Source: an uncultured Pseudobdellovibrionaceae bacterium (GTDB taxonomy: Bacteria; Bdellovibrionota; Bdellovibrionia; Bdellovibrionales; UBA1609). Taken from it: DNA of 64,000 nt. The notes under the pieces are model-generated. The model saw nothing but the letters and a program-made list of their open reading frames with translations, searched no databases and was not told the DNA's origin. The stretch lies in assembly GCA_963803705.1 (NCBI GenBank), contig CAWDNU010000004.1:576001-640000 (forward strand), written 5' to 3'. Both the position numbers and the translations under genes were made by a program. Positions 63,818 to 64,000 of this stretch are shown one piece after another. The number at the start of each line of letters is the position of its first letter. The first letter of the stretch is position 1.

Positions 63818-64000
63818 CTATTCACCCTGAATTAAATTGATTTCGGATTCGGTTTTAACTTTTCCTTTCAATATCTGCACACTTCTACCTTTATTATAAA
63901 GTAGAATTTCACTACCAACTAAAGTGTTTTCCCCAGATACAAATCTAGGATTTCCTTGAAATAAAAAAACACCATCTTTTACTCTGACTTCCAACAGGTC
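63818..64000 (-). CDS. C-terminal part of an LptA/OstA-like protein (truncated by window edge)
   Basis: Manual translation ...LFQGNPRFVSGENTLVGSEILLYNKG...*; immediately upstream of lptB. Confidence 0.65.
   Translation of the reverse strand, partial: DLLEVRVKDGVFLFQGNPRFVSGENTLVGSEILLYNKGRSVQILKGKVKTESEINLIQGE

Overview
AT-rich bacterial chromosome segment, probably from a Bdellovibrionota-type organism (inferred from the pilMNOPQ/pilD/ABC block, the lptAB-rpoN-hpf-metK-lepA-lepB order and a YQNC-type lipoprotein signal). From left to right it holds: an LPS/surface-polysaccharide locus (two MsbA-like exporters, ugd, galE, GT2 and GT2-GT8 glycosyltransferases, a methyltransferase, UDP-glucuronate decarboxylase); greB; an accessory patch at tRNA-Arg(TCT) with a type IB topoisomerase, a peroxiredoxin-like gene, a mazF pseudogene and att/arm-site-like relics; pgi-galU; a TIGR03546/TIGR03545-like pair; an FG-GAP beta-propeller lipoprotein; tlpA; the S10-spc-alpha ribosomal cluster (no rplX, rpsN, rpsD, map or infA at their usual positions); type IV pilus genes; pyrB-carA-X-carB; two lepB, lepA, metK, hpf, two hypotheticals, rpoN, lptB and part of lptA. 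Frameshifts concentrated at about 4.9-10.5 kb and 31.6-37.3 kb are most likely consensus errors. The most unusual signal is a pair of ~200-bp intergenic hairpin elements (24886-25083 and 61202-61417). They have perfect 53-bp and 50-bp terminal inverted repeats of largely different sequence but share an asymmetric internal motif pair (TTGGC-N8-TTGC ... TTGCAA-N6-TGACAA) resembling sigma54 -24/-12 boxes. One lies directly downstream of rpoN. Product calls come from motif recognition only; no database searches were run.
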